Positions 51,268 to 64,000 of a DNA stretch of 64,000 nucleotides are shown here, piece after piece. Location: the NCBI GenBank assembly GCA_964106645.2, contig OZ067043.1. One strand, written 5' to 3'. Within the stretch, counting starts at the first letter, position 1; every line of letters starts with the position of its first letter. The stretch comes from Podarcis pityusensis (Eukaryota). The notes beneath the pieces are model-generated. The model was not told the DNA's origin, did no database searches, and saw only the letters and a list, made by a program, of their open reading frames with translations. A program made the position numbers and the translations under genes.

Positions 51268-54200
51268 GTCTGTACCAATCTGTACCAAAAGGAGAACATT
51301 GGTGCCAATTGCCAATCCTCAAAAAGAACAATAGGTATTAACTCACTGCACTGAATAATACTGTCAGCTTTACTATAGTGTTTAAAATAATGAACTGGAT
51401 GCAAATTGCAATGAGCTTTTGTGCAGCACAATACAGCACATTTTAGCTATACTTTTTAACTAGCTACCAAATTCTCTCTAATGCAACAAGACTTATGTAA
51501 GCAAACTGCCGTTGCAGTGGCCACTCATTCTTCTCTGGCTTTGGGTAATAAAATGACGGATGAAATCACTATAAAACCAGCACACTATATACAACCTCTC
51601 CATGCCAAGGGAATCCTCTCTTGCAAAAAAAAAAAAAAAAAACTGCAGCAAAGAGAGGGTTATTTTATGCCATGAAGCCATTTTGCTCCAACACAGTAAT
51701 TTTTTCAAGCAGAAGGGTAAGAATATTAAGTGGATTAACACCAGATAGAAAGTATACAAACCTTATATTACAAATAGAGGCCTGAGGCCAAGTTGTTGCA
51801 GAAAAACAAATGCTTTTGTTTTCATGTAGCAGACCCCTTTTAAAGATAGGTTTCAGAGGATGTGTTGCCCTTTTAATAGATTTCTTAATCAGTGGTGCTA
51901 GTGAAAATGTTCATGGACAAGGATCAGTGAGCACATTTCTATTGGGACAGAATGCTCACTCTTTGTAAAGCTTTAGAATCCCATCTCGGCAGTAGCAGTT
52001 TACAGTATATTGAACAGGGCATCCGCACATCCCAAAGGAAAGAAAGGTCTACAGCCTCTGCCAAAGTCTCTGCAAGAAGACCCCAAGCCTTTTAAATTTA
52101 AAGGTTGGTTACCTCAGTCACTGGTACATGAACAGAGACAAGGGACATACATAAGAGACCCTTTCACACATAACCCCAATGTGTGGAAGGAAAAGGAAGA
52201 CTGTGCCTGCTGCCCCCGTTATTTAAGTGGATCCTGGCACCAACTCACATGCTGCTCAGAACATAGGCAAGGGAGCTGTGTGCATGCAGAATTTCTATAT
52301 CAGCAGGAACTCAGCTGCACATGTATAGGCATCCCTTGCCATAATTCCATTTAGCATGACCCCCTCCGCCCTCCATGCTTTGAGTATACCTGTAGACTTG
52401 TGAATAGCCCTTTGCTCACTTCTAATTTTAGAATTAAAGGAAAAGCAAACCCTAGGAATTCACGTCTTTGAAGTGAGATCGGAAATGACGAAACAAAAAC
52501 TTGACGAGCGACACCGGGAAGTTCTAACTGCCACCAGTCTAAGTGACACTGAACAACAGAATATAGAGTGTTATGGTCCACACAAGCAGGAGAGGGACAA
52601 CCCATTTCTAATGGTAGTACTCAGTAGGAGAAGCAAGTCTCATTTGATGGGCCACACATAAACATGTAGCCTAAAGGCTATGTTACTGGGAGTGGCACAG
52701 TTCCAAAGGCCTCAGATCAGTTCCTTCCACTAGGCAATTGTTATTTCTACTATGTAAAAAGAACCACTTTCAGCAAGGCTGAATGCTATGCAGTATTTCC
52801 TGGAATGTTCATTGCTCCTGTATCAGAGAATTATGACTATGAACACAATGGACCCTTCCTCCACTTACATTGTCCATTAATAAAAATATGTATCACAAAA
52901 TGCCTTTAAAAGCAGATGACAAATTTAAGCGCACAGCTACACATTTGCAATATTTATCCAATTTAAGCGAGTAAATTTCGGTAAGTTGAAAAGATCGCTG
53001 CAGGCAGGCAAGCAAGGAGGGAGGGTTTCTTTATACGAACAGGACCAATTACTGAGCCTCTTCAGAAAGGGGCATAATATGCTGAGGTCGGAAATCCAAT
53101 CCAAAGAACAGCCTGATAGTTTCTTTTGAAACTTAAACTAATTTGAAAATGATTCCTTAACTTGAACTTGTTACAGAATAAGGAGAGAAAGGATCTGCTT
53201 GGACTGCAGCTCCAGCAAATTTCCTTCGTATAACCTGTATTCTACAGTCACATAGTCAGATCAGGTCATTTTATAGGAAAATTGAATGACTTCCAGTAAT
53301 GTGCTCCAATAATGGCATACACTTTCTGTGGACACACACGAGACTCCTATTTCACTTCTCCTTTAGCCAGCGCAAGCAACAAACCTTAATCCGTGACTTA
53401 GCATTACATCCAAACCAGGAATCATTGTTTGTTCCACTCCAAATGAACCAAGATGTTATGCCAATATTTGTTCTTGGCTTACCAATCATGGTTCATTGGA
53501 AGCAAACAAATCTTGATCCCCAGGTAGGACATAATGCGAAGGCAATGATTGTAGTTAGTTGCTCCCACTTGATGTAAGGGAGAATTGAAGCAGGAGCAAT
53601 GTCCGCATTCACAGTGAACCATTGGCTGTAGTTTACTGTAACACATGAACTGGGCCAGCAAGAACGAAAGGTTGCTGATAAATTCATATTTTAAAATAAA
53701 CAAATAATCAGAACAGCATTATGGAGTGCCGGGGGGGGGGGGGGCCAACGGCGACTGACAGAAGCAAATTATATATGGCAGCTCTGATCTGTTTTAGTTT
53801 AACTGATTTGCCAGAAAGTACATTTTTCTGCGTCAACCAAATTACAGAAAAAGCAATTTTGCCAAACAAGGAAGATCGATGAACATAAATACACTGGTCT
53901 TCTTTAAAACCCACATTGAAATAAGTGACTCCCACCTTGCAGTCTTTTCTGCATAGATTACTAGGTGCTTGGCCTGTATTGTATTGCTTGTGTAGAAGAT
54001 CCTATAAAATTTTTTTATATAAGCTGTTCCATTAACATATAGGTCAACGCAACACTTTTGAAAAGTCTGTGGTATCAGATGAGACTTCATGTATGAGGTT
54101 CATGTATAGCACTACATATTTGTTTCTATGTTGTCTGCTACAAATATGAAAGATATACCCGGCTAAATACTTATACTGTTTGGCCTGGCATGGATTTTGT

Positions 54201-56392
54201 TTTGTTTTTTAAGTTCTCAACCAGGGAAAAGAAGTTTTAAAAGTGAATGGTGTATTTATTGCTTCATCTTAGAAAAATAACCTATTTCCAAAATGCATTC
54301 TTTAAGAGTTGTTATTTATATTGTTATCTTTACTTGTTGTAAAAATAATTTGCTTTATAACGTTAAAAAAAAGTGGAAACTGCAACAAGATGTTGCGGTG
54401 TCCCCTCCCTCCTAATACAAGTTCTCTGTTCAGAGGTCCAGCCAGCCATTTCATCCAAACAGGGCATGCCCCTTGCTCTCTCCTCCTGCTTTTTTTCTTT
54501 GAAAAATTCCTTGGCTGCTGAATATGATCAGTCCTCACTGGACTGTTTCTGTGGTTTCTTCACCACTTTAGGCTCATTTAAGATTTTTTAAAATGCTTCT
54601 GCAAAACTGGGTGGGGCAAGGGGGTATAACAGTCTTCTCTCTGAGGACCTGTGGGGTTATCAGAACTAAGCGGTAGCTTACAGCTTGTAGCTGTATTTCA
54701 ATCCACATTCTTACTTCATGCTTCCATTCCAGGTGTGGAAGCAAATGTGTGGTTTATTTTATTTTATTTTAGCACCCTTTAATGAGCTGTAAAAACTTGG
54801 AACGTTTCTGGTAGTTTTCTGAAAAGCAAGTCAGTCTGCAGCAGCACCTCTGAATGTTTTCATGTTTTTGCCATGGGCTGTCACTGCTGTTTTGTTCTGC
54901 ATCACATTTTTGAAACACTGCACTAAAATATTCCACAAGCTGCCACAAGGTTTAACCAAAGATGAACTCCTGATAATTTAAAAATCACTTATTCTCTACT
55001 CCTTATATGAGGAAGTATTGCTGAAAAAACCTTGCTATTCTCCTTCCTCTTGCCCCAGACTACAAGACTCCTTAAAGCAATCTGATGAAAATGGTGCTTT
55101 AATTACTACAGCAAGGCTTTTTCAATGACTTGAAGATGCCACCTTCAGGACTTCATGTTGCTACAAATTACTGTTGAAGGCTGGAGAAGATGGGGGTGGG
55201 AGCAGAACTAGGATGCAGTCTTCCACCTTTGTCAGAAATTCTCAGTCAAGGTTGCCCACGAAAGAAGGCAAGGGATTGAGGAAACTGGTATAAAAGGCAT
55301 CTTTTCCCAGGGCAAGTAGGGCTCTAGCTCATGTACATGCAAGAATCAAGATCCAGAAAGTGATTTTTCATGAATGAAATCAAGCCAGGAAATTATCAGA
55401 TATATGGGCCCTTTATACTGATGGTTTAAGGTTGCTTGAAAAGTGCTTTGTGTCCCACCCTCTTCTCCTCCCTTTCTCCTCTTTTTTTACAGACGGTATT
55501 TTTCCCCCTGAGTATTTAAAATGTTTAAAAATGCAATACAAAAACTATACAAAAGGAAAGAAAAAAAGAGCCAAATAGACCTAAGTAGAAAAAAGGCAGC
55601 AGATAAAACTACAAGGAATCCATTGTACTGGATCTTTTTTAAGCCCTGCTCTTGCTGCATTTTGCCCTGTAGTCTCTTTTTGCCTAACCCCACCAAAGCT
55701 TGTAAACTCTCTGAACACAGAGCCCATTTCTGTTGTGCGCAGCACATAACAAAATATAGAGGTGCTTCCTTCCTCAACAAGCCTTTTAAGTGGAGATCTT
55801 TATCCTGGTCTGAATCTGTACTGGATTTAAAGCTATTTTCATATATGATTTTTTTTTTTTAGTGTGTTAAATCATTTTGAGATACTTTATGGTTAGTAAT
55901 TCATGAACAGAATCAAACAAACAAATATCTAAATAAGTGAAGGAAGGCAAAACTGGGGTCAGATAAAATGTATGGTATGAGCAGCAGTGAAAGTGGAGTT
56001 GTAGTAAAGGGGGAGGGGTAGCCAGTCCATTAAATTAAGCATGGGGAGGGGTGATCCAATATCATGAAAGCTGGCTTTCTCTTCTCCCTCGTACAGCTCT
56101 AAACTCCACACCCTCAAATTTACTCCAGGGAGTTCCCCAACCCTGGCCATTCCGCTGGCAGATAAATGCTGATGGATATCCCCATCTAATCAGGGACTGC
56201 AGAATAGCAAATTGCTGCCTCTTATCTGGATTTCTGGTCTTAAAGGGAAGCCTTAAGATAGCTGCATATCTCAACTATGGGGTTGAGAAATACAAGGTTC
56301 CTCAATGGTAAGTCCCAAATGGGCCCAACTTTTTGTACTGCTCTCTCACTTGTTTGAATTGACTCACACCCTTTAGCAGTTCAGTATGGTAC

Positions 56393-56459
56393 CTGAAATC
56401 CTCTGCTGTTCCTGAGAAAAGTCAATGCCTTCACCAATGGAGCTCATTATTTTTTCAAT
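56393..56459 (-). CDS. ANKS1A: ANKS1A exon preceding SAM1
   Basis: [22 protein letters not shown](G); tttttcAG / G|GTacc; phase 1 fits the 47118 acceptor. Confidence 0.93.
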
Positions 56460-58952
56460 CTGAAAAACATAAGAAATTATTAGTGATAATTGAGCAACAC
56501 CTGACTAGAGAGCTTCTTAATCCTATAATTGTATAAAGCTACACGTCCAAGAGATTTGTATTGTTGTCTGGAAATAATAAATTCATGGTAAATATAAGAG
56601 AGAGAAATCTATAGAAGCATCTTACCAAGCTGATAACTAGCAAGAAAGTGATAACATTTGTTCATACTATAGAATAATCTATTCCTCTGATCTCACCTTA
56701 AAATACAGAAACTCCCCACTACCAATAAAGAATATGCCACTCCAGCTAAGAAGAGAACCTTCAAGGCAAATAACCCAATACCAAGTTGCTTCTACTGAAA
56801 GCCTGCAAAGACATTAGGATGAGCTGGAAACCATGAACAGATAGCAGCAGTATTTTAAAGTACATTTCAACCAGGAAGAGAGAAGCCAGTCAATCTAACT
56901 GAACTACAGGTTCATGTAGATGCTCCCAAGCATTTATATCTCAAAAAAAGGAATCCATTGTTGCAGTCAATGCCACATTCTGGATATTATTATTTTTTAA
57001 AAAACAACCTCTACATCTTTTAAAAAGTACTTTGACAAGTGGTCTTATGTACCAACATCTAAGCAGATCTTCAACCTACAGAGCTTGATGCCCAGGCACT
57101 TCTTGTGCAATCCTGGAGAAAGAAGGAGGAGGAGGAGCTTCTTTGGGTTTGTTTGTATGCTCAAAGACCTAGGAATACTGTCTAGGAATAGACATGGGTG
57201 GCAAATGGTGTTGATGGGTTTATGCCCAATTCCTGCAAGACAATGATATCTAATACTCCATTTAGTTCTGCACTGTTCAACCCACAAACCTTGACATATC
57301 AAGTTACTGCACATCTCATTTAAGTTATCAAGTTTAAGATGCGCTTTTACAGCAGTGGAAATAGACTTCTGAGGTATTTCTTCATAAGATCTGCTATCTT
57401 ATGCTACCATAATAAAATCAACTTATTATGAAAGAGAAGACTGAATCTCAAGATGACATCCCTGACAAATTACCAAATTAATGTAGAACTGCTTCTTATG
57501 AGCAAATGCCTAAGGACATTTAACAGACACAATCATTTATTTTCCCTGTTCATCTCACTTCTCCTGCATCAACTTTTAGATTGTAAACTTTGGGGGGAGG
57601 AAAGTACCATGCACATTAATTGCACTACAACAAGTAAACAACAACAAAAGTAGCAATAGGTTAGATTTACTCCTGTTGAGACACCACTGCTTTGTTTTAG
57701 CAATTTTTTCAAAAGCAATGAAAGGCCACTCCTCTCATTTTTTTTGGGTCCTCTATGGGCTACCTCTAAAAAATTGACATTAAATTCACATCCCCTCAGT
57801 ATGATTTTATAGAAGTAAGCTTGTAGCATAATGTCTAAATGTCAAAGACCTCCAGCAGGAAAAAGCATTTTTATCCAATAACCATATGAGTTACAACATG
57901 TTTGATATAGCACATTGACTTTTATATGACTCTACAAATAGCACCAGAACAGACTCAAATGTTTTCAAAACCCAGCAAAGGAAAAACACAAACACCAAGA
58001 AAGCAGAAAATAACTGCACACTAAGCAACCCCAGCAGTCAGCCTGCTTCCCAGATTAGGCAAAGTTTTGCAGGTTTCTTACATTGGAGAAAGATTGAACT
58101 TCGACGACATCAGGCACCTGCTGCTGAAACTGCTGGGAAAGAGCAAAACATGCATTTCAATCCATTAAGTTAAGCACAATTTTGTCTAGGAGAATGGATT
58201 ATGCAAGGTCTCTTCTTAAGACTGTTTGATTCAGAACAGCACAAGTTCAGGCCAGAATTTAATAAAGGGCCATGTTTCCCCCCCCCCTTTTTTTTTTTTT
58301 GTACCATGAGTTGCCTCCTGGTCTTAAGCACTGCAGGTAAAGTTTTAAACTATTCTACAACTTCTATGGTTGGCTGTGCAATTTAACATTAAAATGAAGT
58401 AGATACTCAAAAGCAGATGTGGAAATAGGGTTCCCAATGTTTTTAGTGCATTAAACTATTTTCAGATTTCCTGTTTCTCATACTGCTAAGAAGCAGGTAC
58501 TTTACAGATAGGTACTTTATGTTACTTTATGTATTTCTTGTGGGGCAACATCCTGAAAGGAGCTTTCTTAGATTGCAGTCATGGGGACCATGGGGATGCA
58601 AGAATAAAAGAAACACAAAGACAAGCATTTTTAAGTCCAATATGCACAAAACAGTCCAACCCAATAAAAAAATTTCCTGAGTACATAAGATGACCCAATA
58701 GAAACATGGATTCTGATCAGTTATTTCAGCTGAATGACGTCTTTTTATTCCTGACAAATGCCAATATGTATAAGAGTGCAGAGAACTTTTTTGAAGTCTA
58801 AAAGTATGCTTCTCCCAAAAGCATATACTGCAGCTTAGATAGCAAGACACATGAGCGGTGTCCTACTCATGAAATGGGACTATCTTGCTCTCTCTTCCTG
58901 ATTGCAGCTCAGTGCTTTATGAAAAGCCTACCTTGTGAGATATTGTGTAGAG

Positions 58953-59088
58953 CAGGCATGGCCAAACTTGGCCCTCCAGATGTTTTGGAACTACAACTCC
59001 CATCATCCTTGGCTAACAGGACCAGTGGTCAGGGATGATGGGAATTGTAGTCCCAAAACATCTGGAGGGCCACGTTTGGCCATGCCTG
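58953..59088. mobile_element. Palindromic hAT MITE with perfect 8-bp TSD
   Basis: caggcatggccaaac ... gtttggccatgcctg; TSD gtgtagag on both sides. Confidence 0.93.
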
Positions 59089-61505
59089 GTGTAGAGGCTC
59101 AGAGGACAATCTTTCTACCCCCTTACATGAGTTGAAGTGACATTTCAGTCATGCTAGAGACCCTTGGATCCAAATCACATGTTCAACTGCATTCAGATGA
59201 TACACCATTCATTTTCTCCTTCCTCACATACACACACTTGCTTACATCACAATAAAACCCTACGTGAGAACTTTGGGGTTGCTTTTTTTAAAAAGGAAAA
59301 CACCCTCAGATTTCTTATGCACCAAAGTTATATAAGAGTAGCATGGGATGACTTAATATCTGAAGGGCCTTGTGAAACCCACAAGCTTATAATCAAGTTA
59401 AATAGTAACCACTAGGCAAATTCAAGTACCTATTCTCTGTGGCCCACCTGGCAACAATTCCCTATACTTATTACTGTATTTATTACATTCATAATTTTCA
59501 AAGGGCACCTCAAGTTTACCCTTGAAGAACAGCTGCAATCTAGAAGGTCAGAGATTTACAGATGCTTTGAAGCCTTCACTAGCTCAATGCTTTGTTATCC
59601 AAAAATGTTGGCGGTAGATTTTTGGGTGGGGTGGGGAGAAATAGAGGAGTCCAAGTAAACAGTCCATTTTGGTAACAGTAACTAGCTCTGCTCTTCTATC
59701 GCTCCACCGACAAATCCTATTATGCACACCCAACATGCAAGTGCCTCAGCATTTAAGCCTAACAAAGTCCCTCCATTTAGAACAGCTGTGCCCCTCCCTT
59801 AGTGGAAATGTGGACATTTGCCAAAAGGCTTCATTTAGCATGCACTAACAAAAGCAGCTTGACATACTCTGTGCTGGAAAACAAACAGAACTTCCATGTC
59901 TGTTAATATCTTTTGCCTCTTCAATCCCAGCTGATGCATAAAACACTTAAACATAAAATTCTTCTGTAAAAAGGTAAATGCCCTGAGGGATGCTTCAAGG
60001 CTGCCCACCTTGCTTTTCCCAGTCTCTGCTAATTTGTTTCAAGAGTGTTTTTAAGGATAAAAAATAGCTCAATGAACTTCAATGAAGGGAACGCGTAGAA
60101 CTCCCTTTTGTGCCAAGTTACTTCAGTTTTGATGAAATAATTAAAAATGCATCACAAACGGCACTAGTTCTGCCTTAGTGCTGCAGGGCCGTCAGTATCA
60201 AACTGACAAACAGGGAACGAAAGGCGTGTGCACCCCTCCCATTTAGATACTTCTCACGAAATCCCATTGAAACAGTTTCCCCATGTAGAACCCCCTATAA
60301 CCCCTGAATTTAAAAAGTCAAAGGGCATTTTGGCATGAGAGCTGCTTTAGGCAAAGCTGCTTCCTGGTATGCCCATGCTATTTTTGTCTGCATTTTGCTT
60401 TAAGCAGTTCTCAAGTCAACTTCAGAAATTGCTGTTTAATTTTTGGGTGATGTCTCTGAAGCCCTGGCTTCTGATCACTAACAATCCTATGAACTGCTTC
60501 TGAGGTTAATCTAGCTATCCCTTTGAACCTACTGCCATCCCCATAAGGCCAAGAACACTGGTATTTCTTTTTTTCTTTCTTTTTTTAAGTGCTTGGGTTA
60601 CAGATTTCTGTGCCAAGCATAAAATTCCATGCTTGTGCACAGCCATTCATATAAAAACAGTACAGCAGGGAGACACAGCTCAGTGCATGTTGTGGTTTAC
60701 ATATGGTACGTGTAGTAACTATCTGTAGATAGGCTGAAAATTAATTCAAAATAAAAGGTCTCTCTGTGATCAATGTTTTTAAGTGCTACAGAAAAGGAGC
60801 AACATACAGTTTGCTGCCTCGACAATTTCTTGCAAAAAAGACAAATCATTCCCATTGCAACGTAACAAGCATCTAACTGTGCCAACATTATAAATCCAAG
60901 ATAGTATAAAAAGTATAAAATAGTATAGTAGTATAGTATAAGACAGTATAAAAAGGAAATGGTGATGCTGTTGCAAGTCAACCTGGTTTAACAGCTTCCA
61001 AAACTGTGGGAGGTGAACTGCTACCAGGGAATTTAATGTGTGGGCAATCCATGGTGCAAAAATTTACACAGAATCTAGTAAGCACTCTATCTTTGAAAAA
61101 AGCAAGATTTCTCATTCTAATGATTGCAGGAATATATTTGGAAGCATTTGTCAAGTTGCCAGTCTTCATGCAATAGAGTCAGCACAGATCAAAGCTTTCA
61201 CATGCTTCTCCCATCTTTTCCAGGGGAGTGCTGTTTCTCTCTTTCTGTTTTGTGTTTTCAAGCACAAAAATGTTGTTGAAGGTAAATTCTAACCACTTCT
61301 ATAACTGCTTTTGTCAGTGCACTCGATCATGCATCAAGGTGAATGCCACCACCAAACCAACCCCTCAGCATGTTTATCCTGGCAAGTGCCACTTAGTTCC
61401 ATGAAACTTTTGTACAAAGCATGCATGAATGCATGCACAGGATTGCTGCACATTCATGTGCTTTGCTCACTTTTCAAGCAATTTGGTATTCTTAGGATTT
61501 CACAC

Positions 61506-61652
61506 AATCATACAGTGTAGAGTTAGAAGGGACTGTGAGGGTCATCTAGTTCAACGCCCTGCAATATAGGAATCTCAGCTAGAACCTCGGCTTAAAAATC
61601 TCCAAGGAAGGATAGTCCACCACTTCTTATGGAAGTTGGTTTCATTGTAAAC
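61506..61652 (-). mobile_element. CR1 LINE 3' fragment
   Basis: aatcatacagtgtagagttagaagggac...gtcatctagttcaac...; similar to 21525-21852. Confidence 0.7.
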
Positions 61653-64000
61653 AAGTGATAGCCTGGAGTGGAGAATTTCTCCAAAGGCCTAGTCAGATTA
61701 TTATCAGCCATGATTGGACATATTTTTTAAAGACACTCTGAAATAATTTTTGGTCAGCAGCACCGAAGAGCAGCTCAGGTTTGTGGGTTTCATCCTATCA
61801 CCAGGCAAGTTTGAAGGAGAGTTAAAGCTTCTTGTTTAAAGCTAGAAGCTAATATGCATCCCAAAAAGGCCTATTACTATGTTAACTGCTAATACTTTGG
61901 GAAACACAAGCTACAGGCTTTTTCCTTCTCAACTTTATCCAGTATTTAACTTTTCTTCAGCAAACCAGTGGAGGATCAGTTGTTGGACAAAGTGGGGCAT
62001 ACCCTCCTAATATTCTGAGTCTCCCCCCCCCCCCCATGTCCCAAATCTGCAAAGCCATAGTTCAGCCTTTCTACGGTCACCCACAGTCATTATTAATGCA
62101 TTTACCACTGAATGAGATGCTTACTAGATTCTTCTGCTCATCTTCTCTCCTTAGCCAATCAAAATAATCACTACCAGCATGTCTCTAGTATCTTTCTCCC
62201 ACAGAAATTGCTTTGGTGCGGCAAAAGATTCTTTTGCTCATTTTCCTCCCCATTTTTCTCGGAAGTCATGGGGGGAGCTAAGATTTAGAATAAGTAGTGG
62301 GGGGTGTCACTGGTTGCGCTGTTAATCAGCCCATCCTAAGCCAATTAGCACCATGCATTCTTCCTGTAGGTGTTCACAAGCCAATCAGAACCATGCTTTT
62401 TCCTGTGCTGCCATCTGCAGCATGTGCCAGAATGATAGATACTCACAGTGGGACCCTTGTTTACTTATCTTTTGTGTAAACATGGAAGGGCGAAAATATT
62501 AACCTGAAGTATATTTTTAATAATATTTAAATTGCATAATGTGTTCTGATTTTCATTTAGGGTTTTAACTAAATTAAAGGGGTGATATAACAACAGTTAA
62601 TAAATTAACACCAGTTACCCAGGAACAAGCACTATTGAATTCATTAGGACTTATTTCAGAGTAGACAGGTAGCTAACAGAATTAGATTGTTCATGTTGCT
62701 GCTCTTCTATAACCAGCTTATCTTGTTGAATCAATTAAAGCAAGTGAGCTTGGTTTCTTTTCATGTCATTCATGATTCTTCTCTTCCACATTTTATCCTC
62801 ACAACCCAGTGAATAGCCCAAGGTCACCAGGGCATTTCATAATTGAGTAGTGGTTTTAACCCTGGTTTCCTGCACCCTAGTCCATTTAATATTTCTCTGC
62901 ATTCTGGAAAGAAGGCAAAGTAGTAGGTAAGTTGGAGAGGGGAGGACAATCTTTTTCCATAAGGTTGGAAGGTTAGGGGGACCTTATTAACAAGGTTATT
63001 TGGCAACTGAGTAACCAATTCACGTTAAAATCCTAGCTGGAAGCCATCCCAACTGAATTTAGTAAGACTTGCTTCCGAGTTATGTATGGTTGTTGTGACA
63101 TTAACTCACACTATGAATTTTGACAGCAGGACCCTTCGTTAAATATGGTTAGACACTTTTCAGTTTACTTAGGCACCAAGTACTCCTATAACTGCAATGC
63201 ATTTGTTTCAACACCTCTGCAAGCGAGGAGGGTGAGAAGAAAATCCGAACTTTGCCCTGTCAATGCAACCTCCTTGGTCCCACCCATGTGACCTTATTGG
63301 CCCCACCTACATGACCCCTTGGCCACAGGTAACCCTATCAGGTCCAGGAACTACCAAATGTCACTGCAGCAAACCTTGTGTTTTAAAAAATATTGTATAC
63401 AACTTCAGACCTCCTTCATCCCTTTCAGAACATTAGACAAGCTTACCTGGACTTGCTGCTGCCACATATAGCTTGGTGTATGTACCTTTGCATGAGGTTC
63501 CGGGGAGTAGCAACAACATATCTATAGAATGCATCCCCAAGTTTTTCTCTTTTCTATGTTTTTTTTCCCAGTCAAACTGGGGCCATTACATAAAATGTCA
63601 AGCAGCTCTAAAAGTAACAAGTTGCTTCTCTTGCCTGCATTGTGTGTTCCCACTACAGTTCAGTGCATCTGTCAACTATCATGGAACTCTAAGGAACAAT
63701 GTTTTATTACTGGAACTTCAATTATTCTTTCCTATAAAATCAATGCATATGAGGTAATATTACCCAGTAGTGACCGGTTTAACGATTATGGGAAAGAGGT
63801 TGTATTTATTTGTAGCAGGGATTTGTGATAACAAAATAGTAAAAAAGTAATCAGCAAAACAGTGGGTGGAAGACACTGCGGAAGAACTATATGCAGTGCT
63901 TTTTGGGGGTAAAAAAAGTGAGGTGTCAGTACTTATATATTGATATAAGTGTCATAGGTGCCAGCACAAATTGGGTGCCACAGGCAGCAAAAAGTGAGTG

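Noticed and set aside
58953-59088. Long hairpin resembling a pre-miRNA
   Set aside because: Palindromic hAT MITE with perfect TSD and other copies in the window

Overview
Vertebrate genomic DNA, most likely from a lacertid-type lizard (inferred from a Sauria SINE and the squamate MITE/L2/CR1 repertoire). Two spliced genes lie tail to tail. On the + strand are the last 8 coding exons of TCP11 (1493-10973; the 5' end is not identified in the window). On the - strand is the 3' half of ANKS1A/Odin (SAM1-SAM2-PTB-C-terminus; 11 core coding exons between 56459 and 15699), with the ankyrin-repeat exons beyond the right edge. All called exons have canonical GT-AG ends and their phases join into continuous frames. 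Most short ORFs in the track are intronic noise or transposon remnants. The most interesting signal is hidden isoform architecture in ANKS1A. (1) An in-frame N-terminal extension MMWQCHLS... sits directly before the SAM1 exon, resembling the short synaptic AIDA-1 (ANKS1B) isoforms, with a candidate internal promoter and UTR exon upstream. (2) There is a 99-nt Cys/His-rich cassette exon. (3) An internal splice can swap the C-terminus ...STKYETTIF for ...STN. There are also several nested transposon insertions with intact TSDs and closely opposed poly(A) signals for the two genes. No CRISPR, tRNA or rRNA genes were seen, and I found no wholly novel gene system.
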